A DNA stretch of 63,808 bases, counting the filler, from Octopus bimaculoides (Eukaryota), in the NCBI RefSeq assembly GCF_001194135.2. It is 5 parts of 4 records of this genome, joined end to end, with 100 filler letters (N's around TTAATTAATTAA, not from the genome) between each part and the next. Parts side by side here need not be neighbours in the genome. Positions count along the whole stretch, not along the records: positions 1 to 12,717 come from NC_068985.1; positions 12,818 to 28,924 come from NC_068984.1; 3 more parts are not named here. One strand, written 5' to 3'. Every line of letters begins with the position of its first letter. The first letter of the stretch is position 1. A program made the translations under genes and the position numbers. This document shows positions 1-12,995 of this stretch, piece after piece. The notes beneath the pieces were generated by a model. The model did no database searches. It was not told the origin of the DNA and worked only from the letters and a program-made list of their open reading frames with translations.

Positions 1-357
1 TACGTAATCGTGCGGATGTTAATCTGAAAAATTACCGAAATATGAAAACTACCGACCCTGCCAACTGTTATAACTTTTGTTGTTCTCTTTAATATGTACA
101 TAGATTATGCCTCCAAACAAGACAACTTGCTGGGGAAAGAAAGCAACCGATTTAAAGAGACAGCAACAGACTGCATCAATTCAACACATTCCAGAAGTTA
201 CTTTGAACATAATGCAAAATAGTGCATCAACATCTACTGCCCAATCTGATACAATTCTGGCAGAACTGTGTAGCAACAGATCACATTTCCACCTAGCAAG
301 ACTTATTGTAGATGGCGTAATAAGTCACACCCGGACAACGTCGGGTTATAATGCTAG
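1..357 (+). mobile_element. Non-autonomous Helitron, 3' portion
   Basis: Hairpin CCCGGACAACGTCGGG (330-345) lies 8 nt before CTAG (354-357), followed by T, which is the canonical Helitron 3' end. The ORF start MPPNKTTCWGKK at 107 loosely resembles RepHel N-termini. Confidence 0.6.
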
Positions 358-360
358 TAA

Positions 361-392
361 TATATATATTTATTTAATCTGTGCATATAGAG

Positions 393-452
<60 letters not shown>

Positions 453-469
453 TGTGTCTNNNNNNNNNN

Positions 470-503
<34 letters not shown>

Positions 504-570
504 TGTGTCTGTGTGCGTGTGTCTGTGTGCGTGTGTCTGTGTGCGTGTGTCTGTGTGCGTGTACGCGCAC
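361..570. repeat. (TA)n/(TG)n microsatellite with a 10-N gap
   Basis: Direct reading. Confidence 0.95.
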
Positions 571-1556
571 ATTATATATAAGAATACCTTTATTATTATC
601 GCCACTATTATTTATCATCTTCATCCCTATCCTCTTCCTTCTCATCCCCTCCATCTTCCTCATCACCACCATCGTATTTTCCCGCCTCTTTTCGTTGTTC
701 TTTACAAACTTTATTTCCACTTTCACTGTTTACATGCAAAGCCCAGAGCCTTTCGTTCTTCTTGTCAGTTTTGAATAATGAGTATAACATACGAAAACCC
801 ATTAAAATCCTAACCCATGTCTCTAACCCCTACACTTTCTTTCTTATATACTTCAGTTTTCCTCTCATTCAAAACCCCCCTCCTTCTACTTTCTGTTTCC
901 CTAATAAGCCTGCTTTTTCGAACTAATATACAAAAGCGCCTCATTTACTGTGAAATTAACTATATTACACTATCGAGGTTTTTGCTATTGCTCGTTCAGG
1001 TAAAGTTTGCTGTCTGATGACATTCGATGGCCGTATGCATTTATAGCTATGTGTGAGTGTGTATTGTGGATGTGTGTATTGTATAGCTCATGCGTTTGTG
1101 TATGTTTGTATGTTTGTTTGCGTGCGTTTCTCTTTAGGTTCCTGCCAATTTTGCTGTTCATCCCTACATATTATATATGCATCCATGTGTTTACAATGAA
1201 TGCCTCCATGACTATGTGTGAATCAATGAATCAACCTGTTATTCATTCATTCATCCATCTCTTCCTCTTTCCCTCCCTATTCCTCTCGCTCTTCGTACAT
1301 ATATACATAAATACATGCTATATNNNNNNNNNNNNNNNNNNNNNNNNNNNNNNNNNNNNNNNNNNNNNNNNNNNNNNNNNNNNNNNNNNNNNNNNNNNNN
1401 NNNNNNNNNNNNNNNNNNNNNNNGTGTGTGTGTTTGCGCGTGCGCGCATAAATACATGCACATGTTCATACCCAAATATAAATATTGGACTCATATATAG
1501 TTGCAAATTATACATGTACCCCTTCTCTCTCTCTTGTATATGTGTGGTGGTGAGTT

Positions 1557-1725
1557 CAAGGCGTGTGTATGTGGTAAGTTTGCTTCCCGACTACATGATT
1601 CGGGGTTCTGTCTCACTGTCTGTCACCTTGGGTGAGTGTTTCAGTGTTTTACTATAGCCCTATGCCAACAAAAGTCTTGTGAGTGGGTTTCATAGACGGA
1701 AACTGAAAGAAGCCCGTTGTTTATA
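1557..1725 (+). mobile_element. tRNA-derived SINE family A, 5' half (degenerate)
   Basis: A/B-box-like head, CACCTTGGG motif and GGAAACTGAAAGAAGCC core shared with many copies in the window. Confidence 0.75.
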
Positions 1726-1735
1726 TATATAAAAA

Positions 1736-1766
1736 CTAGACTACCCGTGACCCATTGGATCAGCGG
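1736..1766 (-). mobile_element. Helitron-like 3' terminus
   Basis: Minus strand reads CCGCTGATCCAATGGGTCACGGGTAGT-CTAG-T: an imperfect hairpin followed by CTAG and T. Confidence 0.45.
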
Positions 1767-1900
1767 AAAAGTCTGAGTTTCCCAGCAACGGAGATTTGTT
1801 TCTTGGTATTTTTTTTTCTTTTCCAGGTTATTTCGCATGCTTTCAATGAATGTGACATCGAAATCACGTGTAAATGGCTCCTTTCCTCTGAAAAAGGAAA

Positions 1901-2013
1901 GATTTGGCTGCTATTTCTTGCACGCCCTGCTACCACGTAACAGCTATTTTGAATACTTTATCGCAAATAGCTGTTACGTAGTAGCAGGGTGTGCTAGAAA
2001 TAGCAGCCAAATC
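1901..2013. repeat. Near-perfect inverted repeat, 49-bp arms, 15-nt loop
   Basis: 1901-1949 versus the reverse complement of 1965-2013 shows 3 mismatches. Confidence 0.95.
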
Positions 2014-2078
2014 CTGGGAGATGTACTCGAAAAAACTTATAGCAAAAAATTATTTCACACCGAGGTTANNNNNNNNNN

Positions 2079-2591
2079 TGGTGGAAGTGGTGGAGATGGT
2101 AGTGGTGGTGGAAGTGGTGGTGGTGGTGGTGTGGTGGTAGTAGTGGTGGAGATGGTAGTGGTGGTGGTAGTGGTGCTGCTACTGTTGCTGCTGCTGCTGG
2201 TGGTCTTAATCATAGTGACGACGACAATGATGGTGATGATGGTGGTACTGATGGTGATGGTGATGGTGCTGGTGGTGGTGGCGGCGCGGTGGTGGTGGTG
2301 TAGGTGCTACAACTGATGATCATAATGATGACGACGACGACGATAATGATGGTGATGATTTTGGTATTGATGATGATAGTGGTGGTGGTGGTGGTGGTAC
2401 TGCTGCTGCTAGTGATGAGGATGATGACAATGATGGCGATGATGATGATGGTGATGATGATGATGGTGATGATGATGATGGTGATGATGATGATGATAAT
2501 GATGATGATGATAATGATGATGATGATGATGATGATGATGGTGATGATGGTGATGGCGATGATGATGATGATGATGACGATGATGATGATA

Positions 2592-2633
<42 letters not shown>
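2079..2633. repeat. Compound (GGT)n/(GAT)n microsatellite
   Basis: Direct reading; explains the poly-V and poly-M ORFs. Confidence 0.95.
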
Positions 2634-3034
2634 NNNNNNNNNNNNNNNNNNNNNNNNNNNNNNNNNNNNNNNNNNNNNNNNNNNNNNNNNNNNNNNNNNN
2701 NNNNNNNNNNNNNNNNNNNNNNNNNNNNNNNNNNNNNNNNNNNNNNNNNNNNNNNNNNNNNNNNNNNNNNNNNNNNNNNNNNNNNNNNNNNNNNNNNNNN
2801 NNNNNNNNNNNNNNNNNNNNNNNNNNNNNNNNNNNNNNNNNNNNNNNNNNNNNNNNNNNNNNNNNNNNNNNNNNNNNNNNNNNNNNNNNNNNNNNNNNNN
2901 NNNNNNNNNNNNNNNNNNNNNNNNNNNNNNNNNNNNNNNNNNNNNNNNNNNNNNNNNNNNNNNNNNNNNNNNNNNNNNNNNNNNNNNNNNNNNNNNNNNN
3001 NNNNNNNNNNNNNNNNNNNNNNNNNNNNNNNNNA

Positions 3035-3500
3035 TAATGGTGGTGGTGGTGGTGGTGGTTGTTGTTGTGATGATGGCGAATGCGGCGGCGGTAGTGGTGG
3101 TGGTGACAGTAAGATATCCCTACAACGCTGCGTGTAGTTGTTTTATTATCTTACGACATTACGTTGTTCCACTTTACGTTAACTATCAGCGTTGCTGCTG
3201 TTGCTATTGCTGTTGCTGATGTTACAGCTACTGTTGTTGTTGTTGTTATTGCTGTTGTTGCCGTAGTTGCTGATGTAGCTATTGTTGTAGCTGTTGCTCT
3301 TGCTTTTGCAAGTTCTCTTCCTGTTAGAGATGTTGTTGTTGTTGTTGTTGTTGTTGCTGGTGATGCACACTTTTTGTTGTTGTCATTGGTATTGTAGTTG
3401 TTATATTTGTTCTTGTAACCGCTGGTGTTGCACTTGTTATTGTTGTCGTTACTGTTGTTGTTGTCGTCATCGTCATCGTCGTCGTCGTCGTCGTCATCGT
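3035..3500. repeat. Compound (GGT)/(GTT)/(GTC) microsatellite
   Basis: Direct reading. Confidence 0.9.
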
Positions 3501-3899
3501 AGATGCTGTTGTTCTCATGCCAGCATCCTTCGTTTCCCTTGACAATTCCCTTTAGACAGTTATCGATGACTGAAAATATACGTCCATTCCCCCAATATCC
3601 ACCTGCCCGCCTGCCCAACCCTACCACTTCTTCTTCTCAGTTATTCATGACCCTTACATGAACAGGATCTGTACTGTTTCAAAACCTATTGCAGAATGAT
3701 CCTAACCCCACCCTCCTACACTTTTCTTCTTTGTTGTATTTTTTCACGTTTTTTTTTTGGTGTCTTCTCATTTGTTCTCCTTCTTCTTTTCTTTCTTTCT
3801 ACATTTATCTTTATTACGATTTTGTTGTGATGCTGTTAAAAAATACTTTTGTTGTTCTTTTTGTTCTGGTACTTTTTTTTGCTGTTCATTATCCTACAT

Positions 3900-3977
3900 G
3901 CCATCGTCGTCATCGTCGTCTGTCGTCATCACGTTCATCATCGTAATCACTACTATCGTCACCACCATCGTCATCAG

Positions 3978-4022
<45 letters not shown>

Positions 4023-4083
4023 TAGCAGCAGCAACAACAGTACCACCACCTGCATCAGTAGCAGCATCATATCATCGATATCG

Positions 4084-4119
<36 letters not shown>

Positions 4120-4234
4120 CCATCATCATCGCCATTACCACCATCATCATCATCACCATCATCATCACTCTTTCCTTTCTCCTTCTCATCATCATGTTCA
4201 TCATCATTATCACCATGATCATCATCATCACCAA

Positions 4235-4269
<35 letters not shown>

Positions 4270-4428
4270 CCATCATCATCNNNNNNNNNNNNNNNNNNNN
4301 NNNNNNNNNNNNNNNNNNNNNNNNNNNNNNNNNNNNNNNNNNNNNNNNNNNNNNNNNNNNNNNNNNNNNNNNNNNNNNNNNNNNNNNNNNNNNNNAATCA
4401 CTACTATCGTCACCACCATCGTCATCAG

Positions 4429-4473
<45 letters not shown>

Positions 4474-4534
4474 TAGCAGCAGCAACAACAGTACCACCAC
4501 CTGCATCAGTAGCAGCATCATATCATCGATATCG

Positions 4535-4570
<36 letters not shown>

Positions 4571-4593
4571 CCATCATCATCGCCATTACCACC

Positions 4594-4642
<49 letters not shown>

Positions 4643-4706
4643 CTCTTTCCTTTCTCCTTCTCATCATCATGTTCATCATCTTTATCACCATGATAGTCAT
4701 CACCAA

Positions 4707-4805
<99 letters not shown>

Positions 4806-4819
4806 TATCATCATCATCG

Positions 4820-4850
<31 letters not shown>

Positions 4851-5040
4851 CACCATCATCATCGTCATTACCAACATCATCATCACCATCATCAGCAATA
4901 CTATCAATATTATCCTCATCACTGTCGGTCGTCATCATTATCGTTAATCGTCATCATAATCCCCCTTCTCCCTCCCCTCATCCTCATCATCATTAGCATC
5001 ATCATTATCTTTGTCATCGCCGACGTCGTCGTCATTATTG
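3900..5040. repeat. (CAT)n-rich microsatellite, with a block duplicated across the gap at 4281-4395
   Basis: Direct reading; the unique spacers around 3946-4260 recur at about 4396-4720. Confidence 0.95.
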
Positions 5041-5645
5041 ATACCTTATTTGTTGTAGATATTGTAATTACTAATTATTTTCCTTCATTTTTCCTTCTTT
5101 ATTTTTGGTTTCGTTTGCTGCTCTTTCTTTTTTTTTTGCCGTTATTGTTGCATATATTTTGGGGTATTTTTGAATATTTTGTTGTGATGATATTTATTGG
5201 GGTAGGAAAAGGACAAATTCCTAACTGATGAAGGGGTTTTGTCATTGAAACAAATCTTCACTTCATACATTCATTGATACATACGCACTCATGCACAATC
5301 ACACACGGCCACACTCAGTACACACACACACACACACACATATACACAGCCATATCAAACCATACACTCAGCCATGCTCAGCTATGCACACGGCCATACT
5401 CGACCATACACTTGCAGCTTCACTCAACCTCATACTCAAGTACACACACATACTCATTCATCCTCACAACCTCACTTAGTCATACACACACTCAGCAACA
5501 CACACTCTCTCACACACACACGCATAAAATAACACTCAAGAAGACACATACACATACACGCATACACAATAACAACCAACCATACACATACATAGTCACA
5601 CTCAACAATACACGGTAACATACATAGAGACATACAGATCAATGC

Positions 5646-5697
<52 letters not shown>

Positions 5698-5789
5698 TCA
5701 TGTATATTTTGCTTGCTTACTGCTTATAGCTCTGTATCGAATTCAATGATGCCTATCATCTCCTTGAACTGAAGATTATTTCATAACTA

Positions 5790-6800
5790 TACATATAAAT
5801 TCTTGCTGAATAGTTTTGTTAAAAGACGGGATATGTGAACGCACGGTTGGACAGTCGAGGTATTAAACTATACGAAGACTTTTTTTCTCGCTTCTCTTGA
5901 GTATGTTTCTTCCACACATCTTCAATTCCCTTTCCAGGAGTACGAATGTAAATGTAAGCGGCTGGTCGCGATGTCCTGCACTCTTGAAGGCTTAGTGTTT
6001 TATTCCTACATATGACTACATATAGCTGTCCGTAGAGTATCCTTCTGGAGAGAAGTGAATCAGGCAAAACGCATTACATGTGTGAACCATCTCAGATGAA
6101 GTTTATACAGTATGTATACGAAACTGCTGGTTTTAATCCAGCGGATGATTTTTGTGTGTGTAATTATATCTCGAAATGAGAAGTAAAGAATCTTCTTGAA
6201 ACATAGGGTTTAAAAAGCCCCGACGAGCCTTACTGTGCCCGCTGTATAAGGTTTCCACACAATATTGCTGTCCTCCTCTTGCGCGCACGCTACAGAAAGA
6301 TAGAAATAAAAATTGCACGAGAGAGGAAGACTTCGGTAACGAGATGCAAGTGTTTAGATAGAAATATATAGATTTTAAGTTTTCGAAAGGCTGCAGAGGT
6401 CTATCTCAAGCGGTTTGTAATCTCCTCACTCAATTTTGCAACCAAGGTATCTGAATTTTGGGTGATGTGGTTCGTTGCTGATGCTGTACTAAGAAAGTAC
6501 GGAGGAAAGAAGGCATGTAATTTGACATTGACAGATGACCCTAGTTTTCGGGGTGTTAGTTGTTGAGCTCTTTCTTTTATAAGCAGTAACAGCTACTTCC
6601 GAGATGCTGGCTGGAAGGACTTCTGGAACATGAGCTATTAGACGACAGTCATCAGTATTTTGTAGATCAATGATATGTTCACATGTGAGTATGGTGGTAG
6701 TCAGCAGTCTTCAGATATTGGAAAAACTTCCATTGGAGTCAAAACCCTGCCACCGTCTGTGTTCTTCTGTACAATCCTTGTGTACAACAGAGTGATCACT
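5790..6800 (-). mobile_element. Degenerate RTE-clade LINE, RT and C-terminal part
   Basis: Minus strand gives DLQNTDDCRLIAH (YADD region), YLG...EEITNRLR*TSAAFRKL and LRWFTHVMRLPDSLLSRRILYGQL across frameshifts. Confidence 0.8.
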
Positions 6801-6842
6801 GAGGTGAAAAAATATTTGATATTACAGAGAGCGTATAGGGCA

Positions 6843-7030
6843 GTGAGCTGGCAGAATAGTTACCACACGGACAAAATGCTTTACAGTATTTCTTCTGACA
6901 AGTGGATTTTGCATTTTATTCATTTTAGGGTCGACAAAATAAAGACCAGATGAGAATTGGTTCGATGTAATTGACTTACCTCCAACTCGAAATTGTTGGC
7001 CTTGTGTCAATATTGGAATTCAATTATTAC
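6843..7030 (+). mobile_element. SINE family B (GAGCTGGCAGAA head)
   Basis: Head GAGCTGGCAGAAT and core CATTTTAGGGTCGACAAAAT match other copies. Confidence 0.7.
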
Positions 7031-7199
7031 ATTAGTCGTAAGAAATACTTGAGAAAATGTTTCATGTCTCTGAATGTCAGATATGAAATTTTGCACTAGC
7101 CGGATATTCATTTTAAGACTATACTGATATGGTTCTACGATCGTATCGATTATCAGCTTTATTTTTGCCCAACCACGAATACATCAGTAAACTATTCTT

Positions 7200-7700
7200 G
7201 TTTGCAGATCGATTCACTGTAAGGGTTGGGGCAGTGCTGATGTGGAACATCCTGTCATCAGACAGAAATCTGGAGAAAGTGATGGAATATTGATCGGAAG
7301 GTCCTCGTCAATTTGATACAGTTTAGGCAGAATAGAAGAAAGGTAATAGAAGCTGTATACAAAGGGAAGTATTAACCATTGATATGATATCAGTTTGGAG
7401 AGGAAAGTATTTTGCCATGTGTCTGATTCATATTTGTCGACCATGAATTATATATACAAACATACGAGCACTAACAGTTTGACCTCTTTGAAAGTTCGAT
7501 AGATCTGTCATTTTAATGAATTTTAATTACCTTTTTCTGATGATATCTGAAAAGAGACAGCAATTTTAGCAAAACATATTAAGCAACACTTGTAAGAAAT
7601 CAAAAAACATAAAAATAAACAAACTTTTGACGGTTTTATAGATATTTCAAAATTATGATGCTTTGGTGATAGGTATTTCCATTATTTTGTCCAACACCAG

Positions 7701-7702
<2 letters not shown>
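7200..7702 (+). mobile_element. Possible Tc1-like transposon relic
   Basis: TVRVGAVLMWNILSS weakly resembles the Tc1 TVKHGGGSVMVWG motif; the region ends in TIR-like ATTATTTTGTCCAACACCAG followed by TA. No left TIR found. Confidence 0.3.
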
Positions 7703-7733
<31 letters not shown>

Positions 7734-8020
7734 NNNNNNNNNNNNNNNNNNNNNNNNNNNNNNNNNNNNNNNNNNNNNNNNNNNNNNNNNNNNNNNNNNN
7801 NNNNNNNNNNNNNNNNNNNNNNNNNNNNNNNNNNNNNNNNNNNNNNNNNNNNNNNNNNNNNNNNNNNNNNNNNNNNNNNNNNNNNNNNNNNNNNNNNNNN
7901 NNNNNNNNNNNNNNNNNNNNNNNNNNNNNNNNNNNNNNNNNNNNNNNNNNNNNNNNNNNNNNNNNNNNNNNNNNNNNNNNNNNNNNNNNNNNNNNNNNNN
8001 NNNNNNNNNNNNNNNNNNNN

Positions 8021-8226
8021 ACAGGCACACAAACATATACACACACATACATATATATATATGGATATATATGACGGGCTTCTTTCAGTTTCCGTCTACC
8101 AAATCCACTCACAAGGCTTTTTGTCGGCCCGACGCTATAGTAGAATTCACTAGGCCAAGGTGTCACGCAGTGGGACTGAAGCCGGAACCAGGTGGTTGGT
8201 AGGCAAGCTACTTACCACACAGCCAA
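8021..8226 (-). mobile_element. SINE family A, 5' half
   Basis: Minus strand reads GGCTGTGTGGTAAGTAGCTTGCC...GGTTCCGGCTTCAGTCCCACTGCG. Confidence 0.9.
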
Positions 8227-9474
8227 GACTTGTTTCCAGTAGCGATTATAAGTTTGTCATTGATTGCTACACCCAATCAGTCCATTGATCGGTTGAGAAA
8301 AATTAAGCGACCTAAGTAATTAATGCTACTTTCTTCTGTCATTTCTAGGTATAAGGAAGCAGCATTATATATATATATATATATANNNNNNNNNNNNNNN
8401 NNNNNNNNNNNNNNNNNNNNNNNNNNNNNNNNNNNNNNNNNNNNNNNNNNNNNNNNNNNNNNNNNNNNNNNNNNNNNNNNNNNNNNNNNNNNNNNNNNNN
8501 NNNNNNNNNNNNNNNNNNNNNNNNNNNNNNNNNNNNNNNNNNNNNNNNNNNNNNNNNNNNNNNNNNNNNNNNNNNNNNNNNNNNNNNNNNNNNNNNNNNN
8601 NNNNNNNNNNNNNNNNNNNNNNNNNNNNNNNNNNNNNNNNNNNNNNNNNNNNNNNNNNNNNNNNNNNNNNNNNNNNNNNNNNNNNNNNNNNNNNNNNNNN
8701 NNNNNNNNNNNNNNNNNNNNNNNNNNNNNNNNNNNNNNNNNNNNNNNNNNNNNNNNNNNNNNNNNNNNNNNNNNNNNNNNNNNNNNNNNNNNNNNNNNNN
8801 NNNNNNNNNNNNNNNNNNNNNNNNNNNNNNNNNNNNNNNNNNNNNNNNNNNNNNNNNNNNNNNNNNNNNNNNNNNNNNNNNNNNNNNNNNNNNNNNNNNN
8901 NNNNNNNNNNNNNNNNNNNNNNNNNNNNNNNNNNNNNNNNNNNNNNNNNNNNNNNNNNNNNNNNNNNNNNNNNNNNNNNNNNNNNNNNNNNNNNNNNNNN
9001 NNNNNNNNNNNNNNNNNNNNNNNNNNNNNNNNNNNNNNNNNNNNNNNNNNNNNNNNNNNNNNNNNNNNNNNNNNNNNNNNNNNNNNNNNNNNNNNNNNNN
9101 NNNNNNNNNNNNNNNNNNNNNNNNNNNNNNNNNNNNNNNNNNNNNNNNNNNNNNNNNNNNNNNNNNNNNNNNNNNNNNNNNNNNNNNNNNNNNNNNNNNN
9201 NNNNNNNNNNNNNNNNNNNNNNNNNNNNNNNNNNNNNGCCCACTACTCAGGAAGAGACTATTCTAGAGTACGTTCTGCCTTATCTTCGAAACGTCTAGTT
9301 AGAATAGAGGCAGCTGACGAAGGATTAATTCCAAGTGGCTATCTGTTTTCCTATGTGTTCGTTCCGTTGTCTGTAGTTCCTTTTTCTAACGTCCTGTACC
9401 CTGATGTGCATCTATATACACATGTAGATGTAAGTATGTACATATATGTGGGTATACATGCATACATATTCTTT

Positions 9475-9538
<64 letters not shown>

Positions 9539-10066
9539 TACATACCGGAATGTAAGTGTGTGTGTGTGTGTTTGTGTCCGTCAAACTATGCTTTAACTGT
9601 TGTACATAAAGAAAATGTTTAGAACTCCCAGCCACACAAGACTCAAATCACTGCCGAAACAAAATACAAAATGCAACATAACAGTTAAATAAATAAATGA
9701 AATAAATCGGTAAAAAAGAAGAAAATTCCCGACACCAACTCCTTTCCATCAAAAAAGAAAAAACGAAAGGCAAAATAAAACTGTGTCGGGTCCTGTTGTC
9801 ATTAATTGTGTTTCAGTACAGTAGGAAGATATCAGTCAAAACAACAGGAGTAAAATGTGGTTTAATCAGTTTGTCATCTGTTGTTCATCTAGATCCTACC
9901 ACCTCTCTGTCTGTCTACCTCTCTCTCTCTCTCGGTCCCTCTTACCCTGGTGATCTCTTGCTCTTACAGTCGCTCTTTATTTTACTATATCTCTCTCACT
10001 GTCTCTCTTATCGCGTTTTACATTAATTCTTCCAGTGTCCACACCTTGTTGTCAGCTTTAAACTGA

Positions 10067-10121
<55 letters not shown>

Positions 10122-10554
10122 GACACACACCTGTTTCTCGTTCACAATACTACCTTTGACTTTTCATTAAGTTTTTTTAAAAGGTTTCTTCCACAATTAC
10201 TTCCAACTGTACGTATATATCCATGTGGACACGGACACACACACACACACACNNNNNNNNNNNNNNNNNNNNNNNNNNNNNNNNNNNNNNNNNNNNNNNN
10301 NNNNNNNNNNNNNNNNNNNNNNNNNNNNNNNNNNNNNNNNNNNNNNNNNNNNNNNNNNNNNNNNNNNNNNNNNNNNNNNNNNNNNNNNNNNNNNNNNNNN
10401 NNNNNNNNNNNNNNNNNNNNNNNNNNNNNNNNNNNNNNNNNNNNNNNNNNNNNNNNNNNNNNNNNNNNNNNNNNNNNNNNNNNNNNNNNNNNNNNNNNNN
10501 NNNNNNNNNNNNNNNNNNNNNNNNNNNNNNNNNNNNNNNNNNNNNNNNNNNNNN

Positions 10555-10940
10555 NTGTAAGTGCGTGTGTCTGGTTAGAAGCTTTTCCAAACCACATGGT
10601 TCCGTGTTCAGTCCCACTGCGCGGCACTTTGGGCAAGTGTCTTCTACTATTGCCTTGGGCCGACCAGGGCCTTGACGGAAATGAAAGAAGCCTGTCGTAT
10701 ATATTTATACATACATCTATGTGTGTGTTTTTGTGTCTGTGTCTGTCCCGCCAATACCACTTAACGACCGGAGTTGGTGCATTTACGTCCCTGTAATTTA
10801 GCAGTTCTGCAAGCACGACAGATAGAATAAGTACTAAGCTTAAAATATACGTCCTGGGGTCGATTTGTTCAACGAAAAATTCTTCCAGGCGTTGCTGCAG
10901 CATGGCTGCAGTCGAACGACTGAAACAAGTAAATGTATGA
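10555..10940 (+). mobile_element. SINE family A, nearly full length
   Basis: tRNA-like head (CCACATGGTTCCGTGTTCAGTCCCACTG), CTTTGGGCAAGTG, and the 3' end CAGCATGGCTGCAGTC...ACTGAAACAAGTAAA. Confidence 0.9.
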
Positions 10941-10951
10941 AAGAATAAAAG

Positions 10952-10989
<38 letters not shown>

Positions 10990-11854
10990 CACACACACAC
11001 ACACATACACGCACACACACATATATATATATACATATATATGTGTCTGTATGTATGTATGTGTGTATGTATATACATATGTATATATGTATGTATGTGT
11101 ATTTTTCATTTATTTAATCACTGAACGCCACGCATCCCTTGTCTTTACATCTATAATCTCTGCGACTCAACACTGTTCTCTGCCTATATTCTTTTCTTTC
11201 TCTCTGTTCCTCTATCATCCCCTATATTACTTTTACTCCCCCCTCCTTCTTTGCTGTCCCCTGTCTGTTCTTCTTTCACTCTCTACTATCTTTATTTCTT
11301 TCTCCCTTCTCCTCACTCCCTTTGTTTCTATATCTCAACCTCTCTTTCTTGTACCACTTCCCCTCTGCCTGTTGCTCACACGTGACTACAGGCCATTTTT
11401 CTTGTCACTGTCTTTTCTGGATTCGACGTCCGGCTGGATGTCATTTCATTCGCCTCTCGATATTTTTTCTCTTCTACTATCTATTCTATATACTTTCAAA
11501 ATTTCTCCCAGGCGTTACCCATTACAATTCGTCTTGGCATAACGGCCCTTCATGTCCATTGTTTTCCTCCGTGTATCGACTCTGTCGTCGTTTGTTCGTT
11601 CGAAGCCCTAACCCTCCACAAATTTTATATTTTTATAAGTTCTAGACGCTGCTGTCTTATGAAGTTTTCCTGTCTTATCGTTAAAAGTACGAAATGGTGG
11701 GAAATATCACGGTCGACAACTGAGGAGGGATAAGACTTCTTTTGGTATTTTGTCCCGTATTTATCTCTCGTTGTGTGTTTACGTATTTTTCACTCGTTGG
11801 TGATGTCTTTTTTTTAATGTCTATTTCTACAATTGTTTAATTATTTTATATCGC

Positions 11855-12035
11855 TTGACAACCGACGCTGGTGTGTTTATGTCCCCGTAAACTAACGGTT
11901 CGGCAAAAGCGACCGATAGAATAAGTACTAGGCTTACAAAGAATAAGTCCTGGGGTCGATTTGCTCGACTAAAAGCGGTGCTCCAGCATGGCCGCAGTCA
12001 ACTGACTAAAACAAGTAAAAGAATAAAAGAATGAA
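11855..12035 (+). mobile_element. SINE family A, 3' half
   Basis: TTGACAACCGACGCTGGTGTGTTT...GCGGTGCTCCAGCATGGCCGCAGTC followed by an (AAAGA)n tail. Confidence 0.9.
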
Positions 12036-12668
12036 AGAATATATGTTATATATATATATATACAAGTGTAGATAGGGAATAGATTTTCTTTCAAATATGT
12101 TACGTTAAAAATCACAACTCTGTTCAAGTTTAATCTTTATAAAAGGAATTATTCATATTTCCTTCTAATCAAATGTTTTCGTTTTTTAACACTAATGTTT
12201 CTATATCGGTTACTCTGATATTTCGAAACTTGCACTATCACATTTTCGAATTTAACTTATAGTTACACCACACACTATTACAGCAAAGTACTTCGAATAT
12301 ATAATTGCAAGTGTCTAGAGTCGTCAGTCTAACGGATTAAAGAACGTTAGTGCTCGAAACAGAGCCAAAAAATTTTCAATAAAACTTCAATCTCGACCAC
12401 CGCCGTGATTTTAACAAACAAACAAACACACACACATATACACACACGCAAATACGGCATGCGCGCGTGCACACACTCAACCATGTCTATAGATGAATGC
12501 TTCAATGGTCACCTGCACGTTGTCGAAACAATTGTAAATCATGTAATAAATGTAATGCCATATATTCTTTTCTTCACTTTTGTGTTACGTATTTCACTCG
12601 ATTTTGTCCTGTAATTACTCTCCCCGTCTTTTGTATGTTATTTGCACCGTTGGTGACGTCCTGTACTC

Positions 12669-12717
<49 letters not shown>

Positions 12718-12817
12718 NNNNNNNNNNNNNNNNNNNNNNNNNNNNNNNNNNNNNNNNNNNNTTAATTAATTAANNNNNNNNNNNNNNNNNNNNNNNNNNN
12801 NNNNNNNNNNNNNNNNN
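12718..12817. other. Assembly join (44 N + TTAATTAATTAA + 44 N)
   Basis: Exactly 100 bp; the same structure occurs four times; the linker has stops in all six frames. Confidence 0.95.
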
Positions 12818-12844
12818 ATATATATATATATAGATATATATACA

Positions 12845-12995
12845 AGGGCATTATTTCAATTTCCGTCTAACAAACCCACTGACATAGTTTTGGTCAGCCT
12901 GAGGTTATAGTAGAACACACTTGCCAAAGGTACTTTACAGTGGGACTGAACCCGGAACCATGTAGTCGGGAAGCAAGCTTCTTACTACACAGCCA
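12845..12995 (-). mobile_element. SINE family A, 5' half
   Basis: Minus strand reads GGCATGGCTGTGTAGTAAGAAGCTTGCTTCCC...GGGTTCAGTCCCACTG. Confidence 0.85.

Noticed and set aside
3946-4745. About 330-bp tandem duplication in the CAT field
   Set aside because: The copies flank an N gap and differ mainly in repeat counts, most likely two haplotypes or overlapping contig ends.
5225-5256. CTGATGA...GAAAC hammerhead-like string
   Set aside because: Stem II does not pair and no stem I or III is evident.
12313-12380. CTAGAG...CTAACG/CGTTAG...CTCGAAAC followed by AATAAA
   Set aside because: Possibly a relic, but the CUGANGA core lacks two bases and no cleavage triplet or stem I can be assigned.
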